DNA of 64,000 nt, taken from an uncultured bacterium. GTDB taxonomy: Bacteria; Patescibacteriota; JACMRA01. Below are positions 48,677 through 58,393 of this stretch, in pieces. The stretch's first letter is position 1, and each line of letters begins with the position of its first letter. A program made the translations under genes and the position numbers. Below the pieces are notes generated by a model. The model did no database searches, was not told the origin of the DNA, and saw only the letters and a list, made by a program, of their open reading frames with translations. The stretch lies in the NCBI GenBank assembly GCA_963704645.1, contig OY969926.1, positions 1,088,001 through 1,152,000 of the forward strand, in the 5' to 3' direction.

Positions 48677-49957
48677 ATGAGTTCAACTGTTGAAAGTTTT
48701 GCGACATCAAAAAATCAGATTAGCAATTACAAAAATGTTCCACCAAATGAAGAAAAGGTTGAACGGGTGGAAAAATTTATTGCAAGATTACCTTTAAACG
48801 GAGAAGGGAATATTAATTTATATTTACTTGCTGTTGCAGTTTTGGATTATTCAATAAATGCTTCAGTTGAAGAAATTTACGAAGCATTGTTAAATGTTGG
48901 TGGAAATATTGTTTTTACAAAAGTTAAAGTTGAAAAAGGTATTTCATTAATAAAAGGGCAAGAGGAAAGAGTTAAATTGCAAAAAATTGAAAATCTTAGG
49001 AATTTTCTGAGCCAAATAATTTATCTAAATGGAAAAGGTGCAAAATTGGAATTAGTTAAAAGAAATACAGTTGAGGATATTAAATCAAAAGAACAGACTG
49101 AAGGGGAAATACTATTTAATGATTTTGTAGATTTTGCAATTAAAAACTCTGAGGAAATTATTGATACTTGTATAAGTAATGATGAAGAAGAGTTAGTTGT
49201 AAGCCGAGATTTAATTTCAGATTATTTTTATGATAATTTCTATTCTTCTAGTCCAGATCAAAACTTAGAAGTTTCAAAAGAAAAACAACTAGAATATAGA
49301 CGTTTGGCCGATAAAGCCCAAGAAATTAATTCTCACATAGAGTATGATGAACGAGGCTGGTATAAAATTAAAGGTGGTAAATTGTATGAATACAAAGAAG
49401 ATGTTATTGGCAGAGTTTATTTTAACGTAGACCCCATGTTTGGGCCCAAGTTATTAAACCAATTGCAAGTTTTATTAAGCCAAAGAGTTTCTACTTTTCA
49501 AGCTAAAATTCCAGAAAGCTATGAAGATAGAAAAGATAACTGCGTATTATATTTTACCAAACAAGATCAAGCAGTAGTACTTGAAATAGTTAACCAGATT
49601 GCAACAAGTAATCAATTTATATTTAGAAATGAACTAGGGAAAGGTCAGAAAAAAATTTTAAAAGGAATTGGTTTTGCCCAAGATGCAACTGAAGGACCAA
49701 GTAAAGATTTTAGGTATTATGAAACGAACAATGATAATATTACTTCTTTTGGTGGAAAACTATCTTTCATTTTTGGCGTAGTATTTAAAGCAGTAATAGC
49801 AAGGCAGCTGGATTGGCAAAAAGATAAGGAAACTATAAAAGAACTGTATAACAAGATTTGTAAAATTCATAATGTTGACCCTAAAGACCCAGCTTTTCAT
49901 ATACAAGACAACAATTTTGAAACAATAAGAAATTTTGCAGAACAAAACACAGCTTAA
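48677..49957 (+). CDS. Protein with HopA1-family-like C-terminal domain
   Basis: GRVYFNV, FQAKI, RKDNCVLYF, GIGFAQD, SFG motifs; start taken at MSST. Confidence 0.6.
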   Translation: MSSTVESFATSKNQISNYKNVPPNEEKVERVEKFIARLPLNGEGNINLYLLAVAVLDYSINASVEEIYEALLNVGGNIVFTKVKVEKGISLIKGQEERVKLQKIENLRNFLSQIIYLNGKGAKLELVKRNTVEDIKSKEQTEGEILFNDFVDFAIKNSEEIIDTCISNDEEELVVSRDLISDYFYDNFYSSSPDQNLEVSKEKQLEYRRLADKAQEINSHIEYDERGWYKIKGGKLYEYKEDVIGRVYFNVDPMFGPKLLNQLQVLLSQRVSTFQAKIPESYEDRKDNCVLYFTKQDQAVVLEIVNQIATSNQFIFRNELGKGQKKILKGIGFAQDATEGPSKDFRYYETNNDNITSFGGKLSFIFGVVFKAVIARQLDWQKDKETIKELYNKICKIHNVDPKDPAFHIQDNNFETIRNFAEQNTA

Positions 49958-49973
49958 TTCCCCCAACAACAAA

Positions 49974-49997
49974 GGCGATGATTAACATCGCCCCTAC
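49974..49997 (-). repeat. GTAG-type REP-like palindrome between convergent genes
   Basis: Minus strand gtaggggcgatgttaatcatcgcc. Confidence 0.55.
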
Positions 49998-50016
49998 CCT
50001 AATTTTTAGAAATAAA

Positions 50017-50571
50017 TTAGCTGTTAGACTTTAAGTATTCTAAAATTGTGTCTGCATCGGAAATTTCGAATGGATCTGTTGGACAGTCATCAGAAAAACC
50101 TGGCTCTATGAACATTTTTGTAATTGTTCCATCTTCAACAACCATGGAGTATCTCCAAGATCTGTCACCAAAACCTAGATTGTTCTTTTTAACCAACATT
50201 CCCATTCCTCTTGTAAAATCTGCATTTCCATCTGGAAGTAAGAAAATGTTATTCACACCTTGTGCCTTTCCCCATTGGAACATTACGAAAGCATCGTTTA
50301 CACTTAAACAAATTACTTCATCAACACCTAAGTCTTTGAAAGCTTGGTAATTGTTTTCATAACCTGGTAAATGTGTGCTGGAACATGTCGGTGTGAAGGC
50401 ACCTGGTAAAGAGAATAAAACAATTTTCTTTCCTGCAAAAACATCGTTAGTAGATAAATCTTTCCAACTAAATTTGTTTGGACCTTCGGCATTTTCATCG
50501 CGTACACGGGTTTTAAAAGTTACTTGTGGCACTTTCTGGCCTTCAATATTTTTGTGATCTGAACTGGACAT
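50017..50571 (-). CDS. Peroxiredoxin (Prx5/PGdx type)
   Basis: LPGAFTPTCS..HLPGY, SVNDAFVM, DGNADFT, RSWRYSM. Confidence 0.93.
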   Translation of the reverse strand: MSSSDHKNIEGQKVPQVTFKTRVRDENAEGPNKFSWKDLSTNDVFAGKKIVLFSLPGAFTPTCSSTHLPGYENNYQAFKDLGVDEVICLSVNDAFVMFQWGKAQGVNNIFLLPDGNADFTRGMGMLVKKNNLGFGDRSWRYSMVVEDGTITKMFIEPGFSDDCPTDPFEISDADTILEYLKSNS

Positions 50572-50738
50572 ATATTTTAAATTTAATTTTTAATGGCAAT
50601 TTCTTACCTAATTAATTAACATTTTAGAGGCACTTTTTGTCAAAGAATTTACCCTATCTATACAGAGCAGTCCAAACTTTGAATATTAAAAAATATAGAC
50701 GTTTAGGCTTTTTACACTAATATTATTCTTGTACATTT

Positions 50739-51134
50739 ATGGAGAATTTTATAAAAAACTTTACAAACTGGTTTAGTTTAAAACCTGAGTTAGAATTCTT
50801 AAAAAGTTCTAAAAATTTTAATGAAAGAGAAATTTGGTGGACACATTTAGGCAGCAACTTAGGTTTTGAAATTGATGGTAAAACCTTACAATACACCAGG
50901 CCAGCACTGATACTTAAAAAAATTTCTACCCAAACAGCATTAATACTTCCGCTTACCTCAAAAGACAAGAATGGAAGTTGGTACATTCCAATAATTGTAG
51001 ATGAAAAAGAAGGAAGAGTAATTCTTTCTCAAAGCCGAACTATAGATAGTAAAAGATTAAAATCCAGACTTGTGACTATTAATGAAAGAGAATTTAAAAA
51101 TATAAAAGAAAAATTTATTCAATTTATTGGGTAA
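50739..51134 (+). CDS. PemK/MazF-like toxin (orphan)
   Basis: FNEREIWWTHLGSNLGFEIDGK...RPALILKK...LPLTS...SQSRTIDSKRL. Confidence 0.9.
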   Translation: MENFIKNFTNWFSLKPELEFLKSSKNFNEREIWWTHLGSNLGFEIDGKTLQYTRPALILKKISTQTALILPLTSKDKNGSWYIPIIVDEKEGRVILSQSRTIDSKRLKSRLVTINEREFKNIKEKFIQFIG

Positions 51135-51215
51135 AAATTGTCCTCCCATTTCTGGGAGGTTAGCGACTGACGTCGAAATTACTATGATAATAATACTTAC
51201 CATGACTTTTGTCAA
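51131..51215 (-). ncRNA. Putative toxin-associated small RNA copy 6, with promoter
   Basis: Minus strand TTGACA(51215)-17-TATTAT; CGAC-GTCA-GTCG; CCTCCCA-GAAA-TGGGAGG; ends at toxin stop. Confidence 0.65.
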
Positions 51216-51449
51216 TTATGTATCCTTACTTTCCAATTTTATTTTCCCAATAAAATAACACAAAGGTAAACATTATCATGTTTCAGAATTACAGTAACAC
51301 CCTGATAAAGAAATATCAAGAAGAATTTTTACAACAAGTTAGTAGGTTTAAATCTTTTTGATTAATTTTCAACTGAAATAATTGCTAGATAATAACTAAA
51401 ATGTACAACCAGAGCAAACAAAGCCTTCAAATTATTTTGCTGAAAATAA

Positions 51450-52538
51450 CTACCCCGCCAAATTCTTAAGGTGGAACTTATTATAAGCCCAAGAGCCAAG
51501 CAATATTAGAAATACTGACGAGCCCATCAAAACTAATAGCTCTGGAATAATATCGCCCAAACCTTTGTTGAATTGCAAAACTTTTCTAAAAGCTTCTGTT
51601 GCATAAGCACTTGGAACTAGGCTGGTTAAACTTGGACCGCCAAAAATTTTAATCTCTGGAAAAGCCACGAAAGCTCCAGACAAAAAACCCAGAATTACCG
51701 AGGCCAGGGTTCCTATATTAGCTGCCAAATTGTCGTTTTTAAAGCTAGAAACTATAACCATGCCAAGACCAACTGTGAACAAATTAGTAGGAATTGAAAC
51801 CAATAAAGCCAAGCTTAATGCCGACCAACTAGCTGAATAACCAAAAACTAGAACAGCCCCAAAAAGCAAAATGGTTTGAAACAAAGCTATAACAGATTGA
51901 CTTAATAAATGCCCAACAATTATCTGCCAACTTTGAACTTTGGCTGTAAAATACCTAAATGTATAATTTCGCCTAATTTCGTTGCTCATTTGGAAAATTA
52001 TTTGAGGTAGTAAATTTAAAATTCCGTAAACAATTAAACCAGGAACAAGATAAGTAAAGGCCGTGGTTTTTTCAGAATTACTTACAGTAGAAACAACTTC
52101 TAATTTAGATTCATTTTGATAGAAAAACTGATTAGAATAACTGGAAATAATGCCAATAACAGCATTACTTTTAACACTGTAGGTATTGGCGTAAACTTTA
52201 ACTTTAGGCTGTGTAGAAAATTCTAGGAAGGCGTCCAACTTACCATCTTGCACCTTACTTTTACCTTCTTCCAAATTAGCAATTTCAGAGATTTCAAACT
52301 GGGAAACATTTTTAGGAGTTTTAATATTTTGCAATTCTTTAATAAAACTAGTCTGATACAAAGCCGAAGAATTTGATGAATAAGCTATTTTAAAAACCTG
52401 CTCACTGCTATTGGTGTTGAAAACCAAGGCAAATATTCCAATAAATACCACTGGTAAAATGAACACAATGGACCAGCTTTTAATGTCACGTAAAATATAT
52501 AGCAGGTTTTTTTTAGCAATTGATAATGTTTTATTCAT
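51450..52538 (-). CDS. ABC-2 type transporter permease
   Basis: N-terminal TM, extracellular domain, six C-terminal TMs. Confidence 0.85.
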   Translation of the reverse strand: MNKTLSIAKKNLLYILRDIKSWSIVFILPVVFIGIFALVFNTNSSEQVFKIAYSSNSSALYQTSFIKELQNIKTPKNVSQFEISEIANLEEGKSKVQDGKLDAFLEFSTQPKVKVYANTYSVKSNAVIGIISSYSNQFFYQNESKLEVVSTVSNSEKTTAFTYLVPGLIVYGILNLLPQIIFQMSNEIRRNYTFRYFTAKVQSWQIIVGHLLSQSVIALFQTILLFGAVLVFGYSASWSALSLALLVSIPTNLFTVGLGMVIVSSFKNDNLAANIGTLASVILGFLSGAFVAFPEIKIFGGPSLTSLVPSAYATEAFRKVLQFNKGLGDIIPELLVLMGSSVFLILLGSWAYNKFHLKNLAG

Positions 52539-52559
52539 AAGTATTTTATGTAAAAAGTT

Positions 52560-53498
52560 TTATTCACGAATTTCTTTACCGGTAAGAATTAAGAAAATAT
52601 CTTCCAAGGAAGGTTCTCTCATTTCCAAGTTATTAGTTTGAACATTTAAATTCGCTAGGGCAGGAAGTAATTCTTGCAACACAAAATTCGAATTTTTAGC
52701 CAGTAAACTAAAGCCTTTCTCTGAAAAAATAGCGGTTGGGAAAAGTAATTCTAAACCTAATATTTGTTCAGAATTTAAGCTATCTACTTTTACTTCAAGC
52801 AAAGTTCCGTTGCCATATTTTTCTTTTAATTCATCAACTGTGCCTTCAGCAATAATTAAACCATCATCTATAATAACTACATAATCACATAGTTTTTCTG
52901 CCTCTTCCAAATAGTGATCGGTTAAAATTACAGCCTTGTTTTGGTTTTTTAAGTTTTTAATGAAGTCCCATAAAAATATTCTAGATTGAGGGTCAATTCC
53001 CGGTGAAGGCTCGTCTAAAAATACCATACTTGGATTATGAATAATAGAAATGGCTAAGTTTAACCTTCTTTTATATCCCCCAGAAAGATTTATTGCCAAA
53101 GTATTCAATTCCGATTGTAGGTTTAGGCCAGCAATTAAAATATCTGTATTTTCTTTAATTTGTTGTTTGCTCATACCCTGTAAAGACCCTGTAAATAAAA
53201 GGTTTTCGTGCAAAGTTAATTTATCCCAAATTACAATTTCTTGAGGCATAACACCTATTTTGCTTCTAAAATTACTTGGAACAAATTTAAAGGTTTCTCC
53301 TTCAATTTCAATCTCTCCAGAAGTTGGCGTAATTTGCCCTGAAAGCATTTTAATTATTGTAGATTTACCAGATCCGTTTGGACCAAGCAATCCCAGAATT
53401 TGTCCTTGTCTAATTTGTAAACTAACATTTTTCACTGCTAGCTTAGAATTTTTGCCATCATTAAAACTTCTACTTAAATTGCGGGCATTTATTTGCAT
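52560..53498 (-). CDS. ABC transporter ATP-binding protein
   Basis: GPNGSGKS, LSGG, LDEP, H-loop, LEDIFL..TG. Confidence 0.93.
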   Translation of the reverse strand: MQINARNLSRSFNDGKNSKLAVKNVSLQIRQGQILGLLGPNGSGKSTIIKMLSGQITPTSGEIEIEGETFKFVPSNFRSKIGVMPQEIVIWDKLTLHENLLFTGSLQGMSKQQIKENTDILIAGLNLQSELNTLAINLSGGYKRRLNLAISIIHNPSMVFLDEPSPGIDPQSRIFLWDFIKNLKNQNKAVILTDHYLEEAEKLCDYVVIIDDGLIIAEGTVDELKEKYGNGTLLEVKVDSLNSEQILGLELLFPTAIFSEKGFSLLAKNSNFVLQELLPALANLNVQTNNLEMREPSLEDIFLILTGKEIRE

Positions 53499-53548
53499 AA
53501 AGCCACTAACAATAGTTTTGAATTATTTGTAAACCCAACTTTAAAAGA

Positions 53549-54112
53549 TTATTCTGGTTTTGGTGCAGGTGCTTTGATGGTTTCATTAACCGGCTTATAA
53601 TTTTGTAAACCTGCAGGAACTGGAGCATCAATAGTTGAACCAGGAGGGTTAACTTTTATTGAAATATTATTATTTAGATTCACTTGCTCATCTTTACTAA
53701 GTTCAACATTAAGATTGCCTTGTATTGGAAGCGGCACAACTTGTTGAGTACAGGTTTGAGCTTCAGAACTAGGAAGTTTGGAATCTAAATTTAAAGTTAA
53801 AATAATTTTATCACCTAGCTTAGCTAAATTGTAAGATTTCAAAGATACACAGCCATTTTGGCCATAAACTTTACCGTTATAACTGATTGATTTACTTTGG
53901 GTTGAATATTTAAAAAATATATCTTCCTTCTTAACATCTATCTGTACGTTTTCAGTTTTGCTAGCTGCTGTTTTGGGTTGGGTAAAAGTATAGTATGCAA
54001 ACAAACCACATACCAACAATATTACACCAAGAATTACTAAAATAATTGTTGTTCTATTACGCCCTGTAATTAAACTAGCCTGATTGTTAAAATTTGGGGT
54101 TAAAATATTCAT
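53549..54112 (-). CDS. Hypothetical membrane-anchored protein
   Basis: Single TM; GC...CTQ..VP motif pair. Confidence 0.55.
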   Translation of the reverse strand: MNILTPNFNNQASLITGRNRTTIILVILGVILLVCGLFAYYTFTQPKTAASKTENVQIDVKKEDIFFKYSTQSKSISYNGKVYGQNGCVSLKSYNLAKLGDKIILTLNLDSKLPSSEAQTCTQQVVPLPIQGNLNVELSKDEQVNLNNNISIKVNPPGSTIDAPVPAGLQNYKPVNETIKAPAPKPE

Positions 54113-54295
54113 ATTAAAGTTTTCTGCAATTGTTATTAGAGATTAATTTATGTTAGTTTAATATAGTTTCTTTAAATAAGCAAACAATTCAGGAGCAAGG
54201 ATAATATTTCGTAATTCTCTAAATGTGTGTTCCATAAATGCTTATCATAAAGATGAAAAAATAACTACTAAAAAATATTCGCTGGAAGCTGTTAT

Positions 54296-55564
54296 TTATA
54301 ATATATTTTCACGAACCTCATTTACCATTTGCATTTCTTCATTTGTAGGAATAATCCAAACTTGTATTGTAGAATTTTCGGAAGAAATTTTGACTGAACT
54401 TTTACATTCATCAGAATTTGCATTAACTTGAAGGTCTAAATTAAGCCCAAGAAAAGCAAATCTTTCACAAATTTTTTGACGAATTAAATGCGAACCTTCC
54501 CCAACTGCTCCACTAAATATTATAGCTTCAGCACCATCTAAAACCGATATATAAGCTCCTAACTTCTCTATAATTCTTTCCACAAAAAAGTCTAAAGCAA
54601 ATTTAGCCTGCGGTTTAATATTATAGTCTTGAATGATAGTAACTAAATTGCTAGTATAACCCGATATTCCTAAAATACCAGATTTTTTATTTAAAATTGT
54701 AGCTGTTTCCTGCCAGCTTAGGTTTTCAGCTTGATTATAAAAACTTAAAGCTTCCAAATTTACTTCCCCAGAACGTGTTCCCATTGGCAAACCTTCGTTC
54801 GGGCTAAAACCCATGCTAGTTTGATAACTTTCACCATCTTTTATAGCGCAAAGGCTAGAACCACTTCCAAGATGTAAAGTAACAATTTTGCCCTTAGACA
54901 ATCCATTATTTTTACTTAATGTTTTCTCGCTCGAGACATCGCTAACACCCTTGGCGGATACTAGCTGATCTACCAAGTTACCACTAAACTTGTTCTTGTA
55001 ATATGTCTGCGATAGATATTTGTGGGAAAGTCCGTGAAACCCGAAGCGTTTTATTCCGCACTCTTTATAAGCTTTAATGGGAAGAGCGTAAATCTGATTA
55101 ATTTCTGGTAAACTAGTGTGAAAAGCAGTATCAAAAACTGCTATTTGTTTAAGTTTGGTGAAGTTTTTTTGTAATAGTTTAATTTCAGCTATAGCTGGCG
55201 GATTATGTAACGGAGCAATTTGATTTAACTTTTCCAATTCAACAATTACATTTTCATCAATTTGGGTTGAATTAGTAAATTTATTTCCCCCGTGAACAAT
55301 TCTATGAATAACCGTTAATTCTAAAAAATTATCTACAATTTTTAATTCTTGAATTAAATTTAGAACTAAAATAGAACCTTCTAAATATTGCGATGAAGAA
55401 AGAGGGCGAGTTTCAACTTTATTATTAAAAGTAAACACAAACTGATACTCATTGGCCATGTAATTAGTTAATTTGCCAAACAGAATTGGAGAGTTGGAAT
55501 TAGTAGGATAAAGGCTAAATTTTAAAGAAGAAGATCCTTTGTTTAAAGCTAAATAGTTGGGCAT
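54296..55564 (-). CDS. ackA: Acetate kinase
   Basis: N.GSSSLK, HRIVHGG, APLHNP, FDTAFH, GFHGLSH, HLGSGSS, MGTRSG, TNEE. Confidence 0.95.
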   Translation of the reverse strand: MPNYLALNKGSSSLKFSLYPTNSNSPILFGKLTNYMANEYQFVFTFNNKVETRPLSSSQYLEGSILVLNLIQELKIVDNFLELTVIHRIVHGGNKFTNSTQIDENVIVELEKLNQIAPLHNPPAIAEIKLLQKNFTKLKQIAVFDTAFHTSLPEINQIYALPIKAYKECGIKRFGFHGLSHKYLSQTYYKNKFSGNLVDQLVSAKGVSDVSSEKTLSKNNGLSKGKIVTLHLGSGSSLCAIKDGESYQTSMGFSPNEGLPMGTRSGEVNLEALSFYNQAENLSWQETATILNKKSGILGISGYTSNLVTIIQDYNIKPQAKFALDFFVERIIEKLGAYISVLDGAEAIIFSGAVGEGSHLIRQKICERFAFLGLNLDLQVNANSDECKSSVKISSENSTIQVWIIPTNEEMQMVNEVRENIL

Positions 55565-55624
55565 AGGTTGATTTTAATGAAGTGTATAAGTCTGAGCTTG
55601 AATTTGTAACTAAATTAAATAGTG

Positions 55625-55709
55625 TTGACATAAATTATAACAAATGTTCTAATTAGCTTACAAATTGCCGTTAGGTACGACCTCTCAGAAATGAGAGGGT
55701 TAATTTTTG
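55625..55709 (+). ncRNA. Putative toxin-associated small RNA copy 5, with promoter
   Basis: TTGACA(55625)-17-(TG.)TCTAAT; TGCC-GTTA-GGTA; CCTCTCA-GAAA-TGAGAGG; abuts toxin stop at 55700. Confidence 0.65.
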
Positions 55710-56095
55710 CCCAAAATAATCTGAGACATTTTTCTTTTAAGAATCAATAATTCGTTATCACTAATTTTTCCAAGTTTGTAGCTTAATCTTTGTACATCTA
55801 TAGCTTTCATCTGAGAAAGTAAAACTGATATATTTTTCTGACGCATTTTTAAATTGAAATAATATTTATTATCTTTAATTTTAGAACTTGTTGGCAAACC
55901 ATAGAATAGTTTATGGTTGAACTTTCGTATTATCACAACTGGACGTAAAAACTGGTCACCTTTTCCGTTTTCCTCATGACCTATATTTTCTCCTAAATGA
56001 CACCACCATATCTCCGCTTCTCTAAAAACCGGGTATTTTTCATTTTCATGTAATTTTGGTTTTAACTTAAACCAGTCCAAAAAGTTTTTAATCAT
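55700..56095 (-). CDS. PemK/MazF-like toxin (orphan)
   Basis: FREAEIWWCHLGENIGHEENGKG..FLRPVVIIRKFN...LPTSS...SQMKAID..RL. Confidence 0.9.
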   Translation of the reverse strand: MIKNFLDWFKLKPKLHENEKYPVFREAEIWWCHLGENIGHEENGKGDQFLRPVVIIRKFNHKLFYGLPTSSKIKDNKYYFNLKMRQKNISVLLSQMKAIDVQRLSYKLGKISDNELLILKRKMSQIILGKN

Positions 56096-56209
56096 ACTTT
56101 TGTTTATATTTTATGCTTAATAAGCTACAATTTTTAGGCAAGAAAAAAGACCAATGTATTTTTGTACAAAGGCCTATTTAAAATATTACTCAATCGAGAA
56201 TGGGCATGT

Positions 56210-56893
56210 TTAGAAACCAGCTGTAGGGCTTCCAAAAATTTCCACTTCCACTTTTTTATCTCTCAAATATACCAGACTGTCTGGATACTTGAAATCGATG
56301 GTTAGCGGGAAATTTCCCAAACCTTGGTAATCACCAATAACTATTTTCCGCTCCCCCTTCTTCTCACCTAAACTTAGGCCGTAAGCTTCGTCAGTTTTAG
56401 GACCTTTGGTGGTTACTTGAAACTGGAGTTTTAGACCAGTTGCAGTTTTCGCAATTGAATGACACTCAATTGCAGACTGCAATTTAGGCTCACCATTTTC
56501 ATCAAGCCAAAAGCTTAGAAGAGTAGGATAGCCATTTGGCATTATCATTTTCACATGAATAAGCTTTGTTCCAGGCCAGCTGACTGACACTTCATAAGCT
56601 CTTCTGTCTGAAGAAACAAATGTCTCTTTTTTTACTGTTTGCTGGCCATATTTTGACTGTTGGTTCGCAAGCCAATTTTTAGTTGCACTAGCCATATCTT
56701 TCTCAAAGTCATCAAAACTTAGCTGATAAACTAGCTTTGGTGAGGTTAGCTCGATCTGCTGTACAGGATTTTCTGTGTTGGTGGGTTGTGTTAAAGTTTG
56801 CGTAACTCCACAAGCATTTAAACTAACAACACAAAAAACGCTGACAAGTAGAAAAGTCACAAACTGCAAAACTTTTTTTAATGAGCGAGTCAT
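56210..56893 (-). CDS. Putative lipoprotein
   Basis: Signal peptide with LNAC lipobox. Confidence 0.65.
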   Translation of the reverse strand: MTRSLKKVLQFVTFLLVSVFCVVSLNACGVTQTLTQPTNTENPVQQIELTSPKLVYQLSFDDFEKDMASATKNWLANQQSKYGQQTVKKETFVSSDRRAYEVSVSWPGTKLIHVKMIMPNGYPTLLSFWLDENGEPKLQSAIECHSIAKTATGLKLQFQVTTKGPKTDEAYGLSLGEKKGERKIVIGDYQGLGNFPLTIDFKYPDSLVYLRDKKVEVEIFGSPTAGF

Positions 56894-56997
56894 CTTGAAA
56901 TCTCCATCAATTATAAGTGAATTATAGTTTTAAACTATACTTATATAAAAGCACATATTTTGGGTTAAAGCAAGCTTGTTTTTCTTTTATTTTCCCA

Positions 56998-58344
56998 CTA
57001 TATTCCCATGTTGTTATAATGTGTGCCGAAAGATAATATATTAATTTGCCCGTCATAGCCTTGGTTCATACAAAGTCTATTTTTATCGTTAAGTCTGGCT
57101 GACATAAAACAATTTGCCCCATTTTTGATAAATTCTAAGTTTAGGCCTTTGTAATTAGAGTAATGGCTAACAAAAGCCTCCAGATTTCCACCACATTGTG
57201 CTATAAGTTTAAAAATATCTGTTATTTTCTGTACATTTTTGTAGTTGTTTAGAACCGACATTGAGTTATTTTTATAAGCCTTGTTTTCAATTTTATAATT
57301 AATACCTAGAGATGTTAAATTGTGTTTTAGTAGTTCTATACCAGTGTAATTAGCGTAGTCTTGCTGTGTTTCATAAGTAGTGCTTTCCGCTTCTTGATAA
57401 GGCTGATATTGATATTCGTACTCATAATTTTGCTCTGGCTCAGAGCTTTCATATCCTCGTTCAAAACTCTCAGGCTCTTCTATTAAACTTTCCTCTTGAT
57501 CATCTAAATTATCATCTGCAGAGGTTTCACGATCAAGCAACCAATAGGTATTATTTATAATTTGATGTAATACAGACTCATTGCTTTTAAAACCATCAAA
57601 CATCACAGCAGGATTATTTTGTATTGGAACTAAAATATCGCTTTGGAAATTATACCCAAAAGCTGTTTGCAATGTTGCTCTAGTGTCATTTAATGTAGTA
57701 CTGATAAAGCCTGTAGTAAGATTTACATTTTTTGCTCTGCTAGATTTGGCAAAACCAGTTTGTTTAACTCTATCCATAGTGTTATTTTCCAGCTTAATCA
57801 CGCCCATTTTATCTAAATTTATTAGCGAAAGCCCTAGTGATGAATGTAAACGTACCAGCTCTATTAATAAATTTTCAGTGTCCCAATATCCTTCACCGGA
57901 ATCAGGGTTAACCATAAACAATGAACCAAGTCTTGAATTTCTTAAATTTTTAACGTCATTCAAAACGTACAAGCTTACTATCATTAAATAAATACATTTA
58001 TAGTTTATACTTAGAATGTTTTCAGTGTCACCTTGGTCTATTGAATTAGCAATTTCATCCATAACCTCTTTAGTAAGATTTATGCAATCTTCAAGAAAGT
58101 CACCTGGCCCGCCTTGGCTACTCCATTTACCAGATAAAATACCTGATAATAATAAGTTTTCAATTTCATCTAATATATAATATGTCTGATATCTTGTGTC
58201 AAAATTTTCAAAGTAATTAATTAAGTCTAAGCCTTCTTTTCTCAATGCCCATCTTTCTGTTGAATTAAGATTTTTCTCTAAGAAAAATAATATCCCTTTA
58301 TATACATCTGATCTTGTATCTTCAAAATAACTGTCTCTTTCCAT
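56998..58344 (-). CDS. Hypothetical protein with possible C-terminal RelE/YoeB-like domain
   Basis: Acidic linker, then ...SARLNDKNRL...ILSFGTHY. Confidence 0.5.
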   Translation of the reverse strand: MERDSYFEDTRSDVYKGILFFLEKNLNSTERWALRKEGLDLINYFENFDTRYQTYYILDEIENLLLSGILSGKWSSQGGPGDFLEDCINLTKEVMDEIANSIDQGDTENILSINYKCIYLMIVSLYVLNDVKNLRNSRLGSLFMVNPDSGEGYWDTENLLIELVRLHSSLGLSLINLDKMGVIKLENNTMDRVKQTGFAKSSRAKNVNLTTGFISTTLNDTRATLQTAFGYNFQSDILVPIQNNPAVMFDGFKSNESVLHQIINNTYWLLDRETSADDNLDDQEESLIEEPESFERGYESSEPEQNYEYEYQYQPYQEAESTTYETQQDYANYTGIELLKHNLTSLGINYKIENKAYKNNSMSVLNNYKNVQKITDIFKLIAQCGGNLEAFVSHYSNYKGLNLEFIKNGANCFMSARLNDKNRLCMNQGYDGQINILSFGTHYNNMGI

Positions 58345-58393
58345 AATAAAATTAACTCAAGCACAAAAATTTAAGTTTAGCAAAATATTTTGC

